Assembly (NCBI RefSeq): GCF_001194135.2
Contig: NC_068997.1
Coordinates: 21,518,790 to 21,556,119, forward strand
Direction of reading: 5' to 3'
From: Octopus bimaculoides
Taxonomy: Eukaryota
DNA: 37,330 bases
The notes under the pieces were generated by a model that searched no databases, had not been told where the DNA came from, and saw nothing but the letters and a program-made list of their open reading frames with translations. The position numbers and the translations under genes were made by a program. Shown piece by piece: positions 22,427-33,854 of this stretch. Position 1 is the first letter of the stretch. Each line of letters starts with the position of its first letter.

Positions 22427-23315
22427 GTAAGTCTAAATCACCAATCTTTAATATTTGAGGACAAATAATTTTAGAGTATATTGATGCTCTAGATATTGTA
22501 CTTAGTTCCAGTTTCAAGAATGGGGTTCCAAATTGTTCCTGTTTTTGTTTTGAAGGGAGATATTTTCTATTACTGATGGCTCTTCATATTATCCTGTAGT
22601 ATTTTTCCTTGCTTCCTACTGCGTATTTTGTTTTAGAAAACCATCTTTAATACTATGCCTTTTATTCTATTACCGCAAAGGAATTTTTTTGTTTTGTTTT
22701 AAGCATTTAATAGCAAGAAATCGTGTTTGTTAATCGTTTATGTGGTACTTAATGATCATACAGTAGCTATTTGTTATCTTTTGTAAAGGGTTATCTGCTC
22801 TTATCTGGGTTATGTTGCTTGTTTCACTGCGTAGAGTATCTAATATTTACTTTACTTTACACTTCCACCAGCCTATTTGTGAGTGACTTCTATCAGTTGT
22901 AATTATACAACGTTTATTCAACCTTGTATTGTTACGAGTACGCATATACATAGACAAGTGCTTATATTGGTTATATCACTGTTGACTGAAGTGTTATAAT
23001 TTTCCTTCATTTTCTTTTGAGCATTACTTAACTTCCATCATTCTACAATAGTAATTACGAGAGGATTTTCAACAAAAATAGAGGTTTTCTATCCGTAGAA
23101 GTTGCCTTAATGTGTTGAAGATGTATGCAAACTACCTCACCTTAGTCTCCCAGAATCTCTTCATCTGTCTGATGCGGTCTTCATATTTCTCAACTTATAT
23201 GGTACCCACTTCAATATCATACTATAGCAAACTCTGATCTCTCTGTCTGTCTCTCTGTTTCTGTCTCTATCTCTGTCTCTCTCCCCCTCTGTCTCTGTCT
23301 GTCTGGCTGTCTGTA

Positions 23316-23364
<49 letters not shown>

Positions 23365-23456
23365 ATCTGGTGTTCTGGCTTCAGAAGTATGGCCAGTCTT
23401 TATGAAGAAATCACAAAAATTGTTATTGTTGTTGCTGGTGTTGTTGTCTTTGTTGA

Positions 23457-23511
<55 letters not shown>

Positions 23512-25276
23512 GTTGTTGTTGTTGTTGTTGTTGTTTTTTATTATTTGGTGATTTATAAACGAAATAAACGAATAGAGAAACACTTTCAGATAAATTATCA
23601 CCAGAATAAGTATCTGCTAAAAAATAAACAAACAATAAAAGAATTTTAAAAAAATGAATGAATGTTTGTGTGCGCGTATACCTGTGTCTGTGTGAATGAG
23701 CGTGAGAGAGAGAGAGAGAAANNNNNNNNNNNNNNNNNNNNNNNNNNNNNNNNNNNNNNNNNNNNNNNNNNNNNNNNNNNNNNNNNNNNNNNNNNNNNNN
23801 NNNNNNNNNNNNNNNNNNNNNNNNNNNNNNNNNNNNNNNNNNNNNNNNNNNNNNNNNNNNNNNNNNNNNNNNNNNNNNNNNNNNNNNNNNNNNNNNNNNN
23901 NNNNNNNNNNNNNNNNNNNNNNNNNNNCGTGTGCTAAAACTTACTTTCACTCGAGTGTGTGATTGCTTTGTGTGTGTGTGCCTGATGAAATATTATTCTT
24001 CAGGGGAAATCACTTTTTCATGACTTATGGATCAACTTCCCTATAAATTCCTTCAATACAAAGAAAGAATAAAAAAAAAAAATACCGCTATAATTGTTAA
24101 TGTTATTTTTTGTTCTTATTAGTATTATTTTACTCTCACTTCATGTTGAGTATTTTAGAAATAAATAAACTAAAATAAAAAAAATAAATAAAACCAGTTA
24201 AACTACAGCAATGGGTAATACGCTGTGTTCACACGCTGCCCAAATTTCATTTTAAAATTACCTGATCCGGAACTACGTCTCGCATTCAGCTAACCATTAT
24301 TCATTGACGCCTGTTTATAGTTATGCGTGTATTTTCTTGACAATTATAGAATTTTTTTCCGTATTTTTACATTTTTCTTTAATGCTTTTCTTCTGCAAAA
24401 AATTTACACTAATACAACAAATAAAAAAAAGCTTCAAAACACTATCTTTGTTTCTTGGTTTGTTTGGGTTTTTTTTTTTCCTTTCAAATTTCTGCATTTG
24501 TGTGTAGATATTGTAGATATATATTAATGTAGTAAGCCAACATAAATTTACGTGTTTTTTTTCCCGTTCTGAATAAAGCTACATTTAGAAAAAGAAAACC
24601 AAAAAGTTACACCTAACAAACAAACATTCGCTCCTAGACAGGTTATGTATAACTCCTGAAACTTCGTTCCAGAACCTCCAGCCTCTTGTTTTCAAATTCA
24701 GAAGCAGTAGCAGCACTATCAATAGAATAGCAAGACCAAGAAAGAATACAAGATTGTCTCATTGTGGAGTAACCTTACGGAAAAGAGATTGTTTTAATTC
24801 TCTTTTACCTCACCAAATCCTGCATTATATCAATTCCATTGTTTCACAGCTGACTTGGTGCATCCCAGACATGGTTCTCCTACTTATTTTTATTTGCACT
24901 CGTCACTCTTACTCTGTGTGTGTGTGTGCATGCGCGTGCGTATGCGTGTGCTTGAAATACTTTTTGGCCAATACAGGTTAGAAGTTAGGTAAAGTAACGT
25001 CGTTTAAGATCCTATAATATTTCGGGAAATATTTTCCTTTTCAAATAATAGAAAAAAAGTAATCAAAAATTGTGGGAACATTGAATAGAAACTATTCAGT
25101 GATTGAATGGCCTGCCTATAGCCACACATTTCTCCGATATCTTTGATCATTTCCTTCTTCTATTTTAGAAGGGTTATCTTTCCCCAAATGTTTTACCATT
25201 ATTATAAAATATATTATTTTAGTTATAGAAATGACTGATATACTTTGCTTAACTTCATACTCGTAATGTAACAATA

Positions 25277-25348
<72 letters not shown>

Positions 25349-25974
25349 GCCCCTTCTCAAGAGGCACAAAAGAGGGGCTACATTGATCCCAGTACTCTAT
25401 TAATACACGTTTTATCGACCACGAAAGTATGAAAGGCAGAAATATACACACATACACGCACAGGCACACACACACACATACATTTAGGGCTGACATTGTA
25501 TATAAAAATATATGTTGCCCACTCGAAAAAGAAAATGGTGTGTAAACTATATAAATATAAAGCAATATACAAAATATAGGATATAGAACATAAAAAAATT
25601 TCAATTTTCAAGTGGCGAGAAGTATCGGTTGCCATTTTTTGTTTACTCCAGAAATTTTATTGAACGTACGGGGGTGAGGTAATGAAACAAATGGGTACAG
25701 AATAAAATTATTGAAAATACGTTTGTAAGTGAATAGCCAAACACGCTAGTAAGCTAATAGCACACAAATTTATGTATATGATTAAAGTGAAGATATTACA
25801 GGATATTTTCCTGTAACGTAATACATGTTACGCAAAGTGTCTGCATTTTCTGAAATCTCAGGTCTGATATTTAACTAGAGCTTATGGTTGTTTAGATTTT
25901 TTCTTATGAGGCACTTCTCTAATATGCAATGTGCTATCGATTCTGTCAGCTCGCCGCTTTCAACATAATGATAA

Positions 25975-26191
25975 TAATCCTTTCTACTCTTGGCACAAGG
26001 CCTAAAATTGTGTTGTGAGGGCTAGTCGACTATATCGAGGCCAGTACGTAACTGGTACTTATTTCATTGATCCCGAAAGGATGAAAGGTAAAGTCAACCT
26101 TGGCGGAATTTGAACTCAGAACGTAAAGACGGACGAAATGCCGCTAAACATTTTGCCCGTCGCATTAATAATTCTGCCACCTCACCGCCTT
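25975..26191 (-). mobile_element. Family-A SINE, full length (a further head fragment at 25938-25959)
   Basis: Reverse complement reads AGGCGGTGAGGTGGCAGAATT...TTCTGAGTTCAAATTCCGCCAAGGTTGACTTTACCTTTCATCCTTTCGGGATCAATGAAATAAGTACCAGT. Confidence 0.9.
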
Positions 26192-26195
26192 CACC

Positions 26196-26253
<58 letters not shown>

Positions 26254-26701
26254 GCAAATATTCTGCTCAATACCACAGATTTGCTTGCCAGTTGTTTGAC
26301 CTTAACCGGTTGAGCATGTCCCTTAGTGGCTGACGATATGTGCATCAGATCACGAGCAGAACTAGAGGGGGAGCATCGTAGCCATGCGTTGAGAGGAATT
26401 CTTTCGGGTTTGGATAATTCACCTCTGGAATCATGGGTGTTGCGTTCAAAATCCTTAAACACCCCTTATTCAGGAAGCTTTTGATCAAAATGGGCTACTC
26501 GACCTCAATAAAATTCTAACTGAGCATAACCTGCAAGGTCATGCGCTGTCAATCTTGATATGAGCTCATCATGTCGCGCAGATATTGTTGTGATGCAGAT
26601 TCTTGGTGTACCCTTATTAGACGGGTAGTCATGATGGGTATACTGGGCTTCGTATATTTTACTCCAGTGTTACTTTGATGGCGTGCACTGCTCTCTCACT
26701 C
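26254..26701 (-). mobile_element. Unclassified ~450-bp element (family B) embedded in (TAA)n on both sides
   Basis: Complex sequence with higher GC than its flanks, bounded by TAA runs at 26196-26253 and 26709-26739 and lying between two family-A SINEs. It resembles a common octopus repeat I recall. Orientation is inferred from the neighbouring tails. Confidence 0.6.
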
Positions 26702-26709
26702 AATCAATC

Positions 26710-26739
<30 letters not shown>

Positions 26740-26740
<1 letters not shown>

Positions 26741-26949
26741 GTTTCAAATTTTGCCACAAGAACAGGAATTTTGTGGGGAGGGGATGAATCGATTACATCG
26801 ACCCGGTGTCTTAGTGGTACTTAATTTACCGACCCCGAAGGATGAAAGGAAAAGTCGACCTCGGAGGAATTTGAACTCAGAATGTAAAGAGACAAAATGC
26901 CTCTAAGCATTTCGTTCGGCGTGCTAACGATTCTGCCAGCTCACCGCCT
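26740..26949 (-). mobile_element. Family-A SINE, full length
   Basis: Reverse complement reads AGGCGGTGAGCTGGCAGAATCGTTAGCACGCCGAACGAAATGCTTAG...GAGTTCAAATTCCTCCGAGGTCGACTTTTCCTTCATCCTTCGGGGTCGGTAAATTAAGTACCAC. Confidence 0.9.
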
Positions 26950-27366
26950 CGTAATAATAACAAGTCAGGTTACCAATCATTTAGACAAGGTCCATGCACA
27001 CTTGAGAGAAGTCGTTCTAGTTGATTAAATTTAGTGTACAAAATTTAATAAACTCTAAGCTACACTACGTTTCAACAATGATAACAAGATATCAACCATA
27101 TAGTATTTCCATTTGATGAGGTTTGCGGAGTAAATGGAAACTAGATCTATCAGTTAGGCATTTTGAAAGTTATCAGCTTGCCATTAAATACAAAAAAGGC
27201 CTATAGGTATATTTACGTCATCACCATGGCAACTCTTCTCTGATCTTTTGTGTAGCTAAACAAAGCCTCCTTCTTTTTTCGGAGGGATTATATATGTGTG
27301 TGTGTGTATTATATGTGTACGTATGTGTGTCTGTGCGTGTGTGTATTAGTGAGTGTTTGTGTGTGA

Positions 27367-27416
<50 letters not shown>

Positions 27417-27501
27417 AAGTACGAGTTTTTATGTCTGTATATTTGTGTGTACACGCATGCGCGTTTGTCTGCTTCTCTGTACTTTACTCCTGGCATCATA
27501 C

Positions 27502-27525
27502 CTTGTTTCTATGAATATGAATTAG
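27502..27525 (-). CDS. Candidate 24-nt microexon (phase 0: LIHIHRNK)
   Basis: Minus strand CCTTCTGCCCTGTTTGCACTCTTTCAG|CTAATTCATATTCATAGAAACAAG|GTATGA: long pyrimidine tract and a strong donor. Only phase 0 is open. Confidence 0.25.
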
Positions 27526-28114
27526 CTGAAAGAGTGCAAACAGGGCAGAAGGCTGACTGGCTGACTGATGCCAGAAATGTAGTGGATGCAAGCAAGAAGT
27601 CAGCCGCACCTAAGGTGTGCTTGTCATCTCTGATCCCGCCCAGAATTTAACAAAGTACCCAGCCATTGTTCATTAATAATGAGAATGCGTCTGCATACAC
27701 TTCATTATTTATTAGTTTCTAGAAATAACCCATTGTTCAGGCTTACAAAAAGCAATTCAAGCTTTGTCGAGATCTATTCTGATTATATTTAGGTATGATA
27801 AAAGGCATTCCGGCCGCGACCACCACATAACTTTTTTTCAATATCCACTGTATAGAAACTACATTACTAAGGCCTCTTTCTTCTTTCATTTAAATGTTTA
27901 TTATTACATGAAGATTTGACTGCTGTTTTTAGCATGCTATACAGCTGCATACAGGTAGTTTTGTTCAAAAGGTTGTATTGTTTTCTTTTAGAAAGGAATG
28001 TGAAGGATACAAATAAATAAAATAAACGGAAAGATAAGGAGGAACTTAGTGGTAATATTTATGGAAGTATCATGGAAATGGTTGACCGTTTGGAATTGGT
28101 TGTGTCACATTGAT

Positions 28115-28560
28115 AGTTGTGGGGTTAAGTAGCTTGCTTTGCAACCGCATTGTCCTGTCCTGCTGCAGTGCCCCTCAGGCAAGTGTCTTTTACTATAGTC
28201 CTGGAGCGGTCAATGATCTTTGTGTATTTGATAGACAGAAGCTGTGCGGAAGCTTTCAATGTGCGCACGCGCGCGAATGTGTGTATACGCGCGTGAATGT
28301 GTGTATACGCGCGTGTGTGTACGAGCGTGTCTTTGTGTCCATGTTTTTCACCACTCGATACACATACACACACACAGCTTGACAATCAGTGCTGGTTTGT
28401 TTACGTCCATGGAACGTAGCAGTTCAGTAAAAGAAACCTATAAAAATAAGTACCAGATTCTGAAAAATATGTAGTGAGGTCAATTTCTTTGACTGAATTT
28501 TTCAAGGTGATGCTCTAGCATCGCCGGAGCCCAGTGATTGAAGCAGGTATACGATAAAAA
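28115..28560 (+). mobile_element. Family-C SINE with CG-rich alternating purine/pyrimidine insert
   Basis: GTTAAGTAGCTTGCTT...CAGGCAAGTGTCTTTTACTATAGTC. Contains an internal exact 20-bp tandem duplication GAATGTGTGTATACGCGCGT (28275-28314). Confidence 0.75.
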
Positions 28561-28916
28561 GTAAACCTGCCAAGATATAACGCAAATATCATTACAAGAA
28601 AAACAGGTCAGTGATAGACTGCATCTCAGGAGTGTCAGATAAAGTAGATACACTGTTGCATTGCGTTACGTATTTTGTACTGTGTGTGTTCCAATTCCGT
28701 CAAAGTGAACATTGCTTTTTATCCTTCCAGGGTCGATAAAATATTAGAAATTATTGTCGATGTCAGTGCGTGTGTTTAGGTGTATGTATATGCTGTAACG
28801 GCATAAGGGTGTGGTATGGGTAATGAGTATAATCATGTAGAGGGTGGGTGTAGAGTTAAGGAGGAAGGGCAGTGGAATGTGGTATGTGTGTGATATATGA
28901 GAATGTGTGCGGAGGT

Positions 28917-29360
28917 TTAGATGAAGAGAGATGAAGAATTGAAACTATGAGGGGCTGAAGAACGAAGAGAAAATAAATTTCTGCTCTTGACGGAAGCGGT
29001 ACGCCAGATGGCCTCCGCGCAAGGCCAGTCCGACCAGAGAAAGTTGTTGCAAGGAATGACAAACCGAACTGAAGAAGCACGAGACCGGGGTGTCACAGTC
29101 AAGTCTGATGTCCCGGAGGTTTTCGGCAAACGCCGGCCAGTTTGACCAATGTACAGGGAGTGACAATGAAAACAGAGGATACAGTAAATTAAAGCTCCAG
29201 AGGTGCATGTGAATGAAACAGTGATTTAATAGGGGTGGTGGTAGGTGCCGGTGAGGATAGAGGTGTTGAAGATGCAGGGGCGAGTGCGGCAGCAAGAGAA
29301 GGAACCTGGCTGAGTATCAAATGTGTGCAAGAAGCTACGGACCAGAAAGCAACGTAGGAA
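28917..29360 (-). mobile_element. Penelope-like retroelement 3' fragment: decayed GIY-YIG endonuclease
   Basis: FLRCFLVRSFLHTFDTQPGSFSCCRTRPCIFNTSILTGTYHHPY*ITVSFTCTSGALIYCILCFHCHSLYIGQTGRRL(fs)AENLRDIRLDCDTPVSCFFSSVCHS...RFRQEQKFIF(fs)SLRSSAPHSFNSSSLFI*. The LIY-x10-YIG, CxxC, catalytic E and terminal N motifs are in canonical order. Confidence 0.88.
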
Positions 29361-30090
29361 ATGGGAACGTTTTACACTACGTTTCATATTTTACATAGGT
29401 TATGTACATAGTGCCGTGATGTTAATAATAACATAGATGTTCTCCGATCCTCTTATTCGTAATTAACTATAAAAACATTTCACCCATCGCATCTAGAATA
29501 ACTATGCTATCTTGACGCAGTATAAATAGACAAATATATACTATAGGTGATGATAGTGGAAGTGGTAGGTGGTTGGTGGTATTTTTTGACCCAAAGTCAA
29601 CTTTAATCGATCAGATTATTTTCGCAAATACGTTCCAGTTCTGACCATTCCATCTTTATTGATAGACAGTGTAGTGTTAGGATTTGTCATTATTTAGTCT
29701 CCCACCTCTCTCTCTCTCTCTCTGTCACTCTTTCCCCCCTCTCTCTCTTTCTCTCAGTATGTGTGTGTTAGTAGAGAGAGAGAGAGAGAGAGAGGGAGAA
29801 GACAGATTATGATTCGCAGGAGATCATGCAGCTATTGTTTCTAGCAGATCGAATAATTCCTTTCCTGATTCGCATTGTTTGAGAATTTACGAGAAATTCG
29901 GACATAACAATTATAAAGAAAACATAAGGACGATGGGAGAACCCCCCCCCCCAAAAAAAAACGCTCAAAGGATCTCGGAATAGACAAGTTTTTTTTCAAT
30001 CACAGCAGACACATACCCAATACACGCGCAAACGTAAAAGATTAACATGCACCCCCACACACAAACATACAAATACACTTTTATATATAT

Positions 30091-30135
<45 letters not shown>

Positions 30136-30711
30136 CACACACAAATATATACATATGTGGATACATACATAAGCTTACACACACTGTTGTATGTATGTCC
30201 GTATGTATGTGTGCAAGTATGTATTTATGTGTGTATGCTACGGTTTATGTTTCCAATAAGTCATTCACTGCCAACTGCCTCCATTTCCAGATCATAATAT
30301 ACTTCTTTTATTTCTGTAGTAACGTTATAAAATCTCTGAACTTGAATAGATAACGTTATTCTTTTATTCCCTTAATCAGTACTTTATTCTTTTATTCTTG
30401 TTTACATTTATGCTATTATTCTTATTTTAGTAGCTTATCTTCCATTAACTTTTCCTTCCTTTCTTCTCTCTTTTTTATATTTATTTACTGCAACCCTCTC
30501 CTTCCTTTACACTCATTCATCCTCAGTAGTTCTTTAGTTTTCACTTATCTCCCTTGTCGATCTTACTCTCACACATCTCTACGATGCCTTTTGTCCCTTC
30601 TTCTGTCTCTCTTGTTTGTATATGATATTACGCTAATTTAAAGATTGAAGGACGGATCACAGAAATGATTGAGAAATCAGTTAAAACAATGTATTTTAAT
30701 TATGTAATTTT

Positions 30712-30960
30712 ATATTCCGAGTTCAAATTCCGCACTCGTCAACGTTTCTTTTTGCCGTTCCGTGATCGATAAAAGAAGGTACCACTATATTACTGAGATC
30801 GATTTAATTGACCATTACCACCACCATGACTAGCACACTCCTCGTCTCCAAACTCTTTGGCCAGATAAAATGTGTCTTGTGGTATTTAGTCACGCTCTTC
30901 TAGGTTCTGAGTTCAAACTCCGCCAGGATTTGTCTTGACTTCTCATCCTTCCGTTTTGCA
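30712..30960 (+). mobile_element. Two degraded family-A SINE fragments (another at ~28690-28760)
   Basis: GAGTTCAAATTCCGC and GGTTCTGAGTTCAAACTCCGCC B-box segments followed by core remnants. Confidence 0.65.
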
Positions 30961-31109
30961 TAAAATTATCGTTAAGTATCCGTTTCGATTTAACCCTCTT
31001 GCAATTTCGCTAAATGTTTGGCTCAAGTTTTATTGTTAAAAACAAGTTTATTTCGCAACTGTTGTCATAATCATAATAATAATTATCACTATTATCATAG
31101 TCATATTTT

Positions 31110-31372
31110 CATAATCTTCTCATAATATATGATTAATTCACTTTTTTTATGTTTTAACTTCTTTAGCAAGCGCTTTGCACTGATCCAACGCTTCTCTGTC
31201 ACATCCGACATAAACGAACCCTCCGCATCACATACGACATATACCGGGTGTTCTCGTGTACGAGTTTTCTGATTGTGCATTCCGAAACCCTGAGGTCCTT
31301 TGCAATGCATCTCATTGACTTACCGGGATTTTTATCGATTATTTCTTAAACATTGTGTACAAAGTTAAGTAT
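31110..31372 (-). mobile_element. Tc1/mariner transposase fossil (second HTH plus linker)
   Basis: ILNFVHNV*EIIDKNPGKSMRCIAKDLRVSECTIRKLVHENTRYMSYVMRR(fs)GSFMSDVTEKRWISAKRLLKKLKH. The 'P.KSMR.IA..L.VS..TIR..V.E...Y.SY' pattern is typical of maT/Bmmar1-like transposases; one stop and one frameshift. Confidence 0.8.
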
Positions 31373-31790
31373 TGTTAACGCGCCGGGCAAAAAGCTTACC
31401 GGCATTTCGTTCGTCTTTATGCTCTGAGTTCAAATCCCACCGAGATTGACTTTACCTTTCATCCTTTTCGGGGTCAATAAAATAAGTACCAGTGGAGTAC
31501 TGGGTCGATGTAATTAACTATCCCCCTCCCTTACAATTTCAGGTCTTGTGCCTTTAGTAGAAAGAATTATTATTATTGTTTTAAGGCCGCGAGATGACAG
31601 AATCGTTAGCACGCTGGACGAAATGCTTAGCGGTATTTCGCCTCTCGCTACGTTCAAATTCCGCCGAAGTCGAATTTGCCTTTCGGGGTCGATAAATTAA
31701 GTACCAGTGAAACACTGGGGTTGATGTAATCGCCTAGTCCCCTATCCATACATTTGAGGCCTCGTGCCTCCAGTAGAAAGGATAATTATC
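31365..31790 (+). mobile_element. Two tandem family-A SINEs (31365-31577, 31583-31790)
   Basis: Both carry the B box, core and AGTAGAAAG(A/G)AT tail. The second starts right after the TTA tail of the first. Confidence 0.9.
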
Positions 31791-31799
31791 ATTACTGGG

Positions 31800-32254
31800 T
31801 GTTAGTGGTTTCATGAAATACATGTGTTTTACATTTTAGTCTTGTATAGGCTTTACTCATTGATTGTTACCACGCTGGAGCACCGTCGTGAAAGAAATAC
31901 TCGACCAAATTGACACCTGTCCTTATTTTATGACTGATACCCCATTACCGTGCTTTGTTTACCGAACCGCTAATTTACGTGGACGTAAACCACCCGACAT
32001 CGGTTGTCAAGCACTGAGAGCAAGACACAATGACCAAGGTACACACACGAACACTCACTTGCACACCCACCCACACACATATGTATATGTAAATGTATAA
32101 ATATATATATATATGTGTGTGTGTGTGGCTGTGCATCGTTTTTTCACAACCACCATCTATATACACAAGGCCCCGACGGTCGGTTGGGGCTAGAGTAGAA
32201 TACTTCTGTTCATGGTGCCTACCGTGCATTGGGAATGAACTCGAAAACAGGTGG

Positions 32255-32265
<11 letters not shown>
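31800..32265 (-). mobile_element. Family-C SINE, degraded, with internal CA/TA tract
   Basis: GGGGCTAGAGTAGAATACTT...CATGGTGCC and ACCGAACCGCTAATTTACGTGGACGTAAAC are reverse complements of family-C head and tail segments. Confidence 0.6.
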
Positions 32266-32305
<40 letters not shown>

Positions 32306-32502
32306 CTTCTCTCTCGCTTATATATCGATAACCGTCCACCACTCTACTCTTGGCTCTCTAACAATTTACCTAACAGACTCCTATCGCTCCTCTCTATTCT
32401 TCATGCTCTTTGTCAAAACTTAACCTCTCTCTGTTCCCCCCCCCCCNNNNNNNNNNNNNNNNNNNNNNNNNNNNNNNNNNNNNNNNNNNNNNNNNNNNNN
32501 NN

Positions 32503-32553
<51 letters not shown>

Positions 32554-33151
32554 TACATAATCAAACTCGCGCTCACACACAGATTTCGTATGAAGTTTGC
32601 CGCCGCACATCTATTTACTCAACGTAAATCACAACTAAATTGTATGTTTTAGGAGGTACGGGTGTGACGAGCAGGCGTGTTTGCAGGCAAGCTTGCTAGC
32701 TCTCTCTCTCTCTCATTTTAGTAGTACATTGTAGTTAAATAAATAAATAAATAAATAAATCTCACACTCACATCCATTCACATACATGAACATCATTTAT
32801 TTATTTTTATTTTATTTTTATTTCTCTATTTATCTATATCTTAGACATTATAAAAATAAAAAAATCTTGGCCGGTGGTCAGTCTTGGATTTTGTTGGATA
32901 GGCAAAAGGGTATCTGTCGGTCGATGCAGCCACCCTGAACTACAGATGTATTGATGGCCAATAAGATAAAGCTATTCACGATAATAAAAACAAAGCGGGT
33001 TGAATGTGAAGTGGTTTTATTTGAGTCTAGCCAGATTTATATATGAGTATGTGAAGTAGATTTTTCCCTTTATATATTGCTATTCAAACAGTACCGACTA
33101 GATTTTAAGTTCTGAAGAAGAAAGATAAATAAAGAGGCTTGTAAAATAAAC

Positions 33152-33152
<1 letters not shown>

Positions 33153-33224
<72 letters not shown>
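33153..33224. repeat. (TATC)18 tetranucleotide microsatellite
   Basis: Perfect GATA/TATC run. Other long simple repeats: (CT)n 4480-4532 and 8563-8646, (GT)n 11800-11872, (CAA)/(TAA)n 12130-12230, (ATT)/(GTT)n 23458-23535, (TAA)n 25280-25327, (TA)n at the window end. Confidence 0.98.
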
Positions 33225-33259
33225 CCCTCTGTGTTCATCCCTGTGTGGCCAATAAAGAA

Positions 33260-33299
<40 letters not shown>

Positions 33300-33640
33300 A
33301 TACATGCATATATATATTCACACGCACACAATATATATCGTATTTACTCGCACTGACTTTAAAGTANNNNNNNNNNNNNNNNNNNNNNNNNNNNNNNNNN
33401 NNNNNNNNNNNNNNNNNNNNNNNNNNNNNNNNNNNNNNNNNNNNNNNCCCACTGCACACCGCCTTGGAGAAGTATCATACATTTATTTACTATATTTTGG
33501 GTCAGCCAATGCCTTGTGTATGAAATTTCGAGACAGACGCTGTGCAGATTTGCTTTTGTGTGTTATTAATATGCCTGTAGATCACAAAATATTCATGTCT
33601 TCTGCGTATTTGCGCATGCGTATGTGAATGGACGTGTTTG

Positions 33641-33854
33641 TATTTCACGTTGCTCCAGTCCACTCAGCTGGCCAAAACAAGTGGTACATGTATTTCAAAG
33701 GGACGGCCTTGCCACATTCTGTGACACGCTGATTCTCCGTGAGAACTACGCTAAAGGTACTCGTGTCTGTGGAGTGCTCAACCATTTGCACGTTAATTTC
33801 ATTAGCAGGTTGTTCCGTCGATCAACTTGAACCATCGTCTGACGGAGTGCCAGA
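33641..33854 (+). mobile_element. Family-D SINE 3' body
   Basis: ATTTCACGTTGCTCCAGTCCACTCAGCTGG...GTGTCTGTGGAGTGCTCA...GACGGAGTGCCAGA matches an abundant octopus repeat I recall; unverified. Confidence 0.6.

Noticed and set aside
27106-27140. Hairpin TTTCCATTT-GATGAG...-AAATGGAAA resembling a hammerhead core; also CTGATGA at 134, 2875, 8741 and 23984
   Set aside because: None has the G10.1-C11.1 pair closing stem II before GAAA together with stems I and III and an NUH site.
28921-29143. Plus-strand frame MKRDEELKL*GAEERR...FGKRRPV with an in-frame TGA (selenocysteine or readthrough idea)
   Set aside because: It is the antisense of the Penelope endonuclease fossil.
31318-31325. Consensus minus-strand donor CCG|GTAAGT
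   Set aside because: It falls in the P-G-K-S codons of the mariner transposase fossil.
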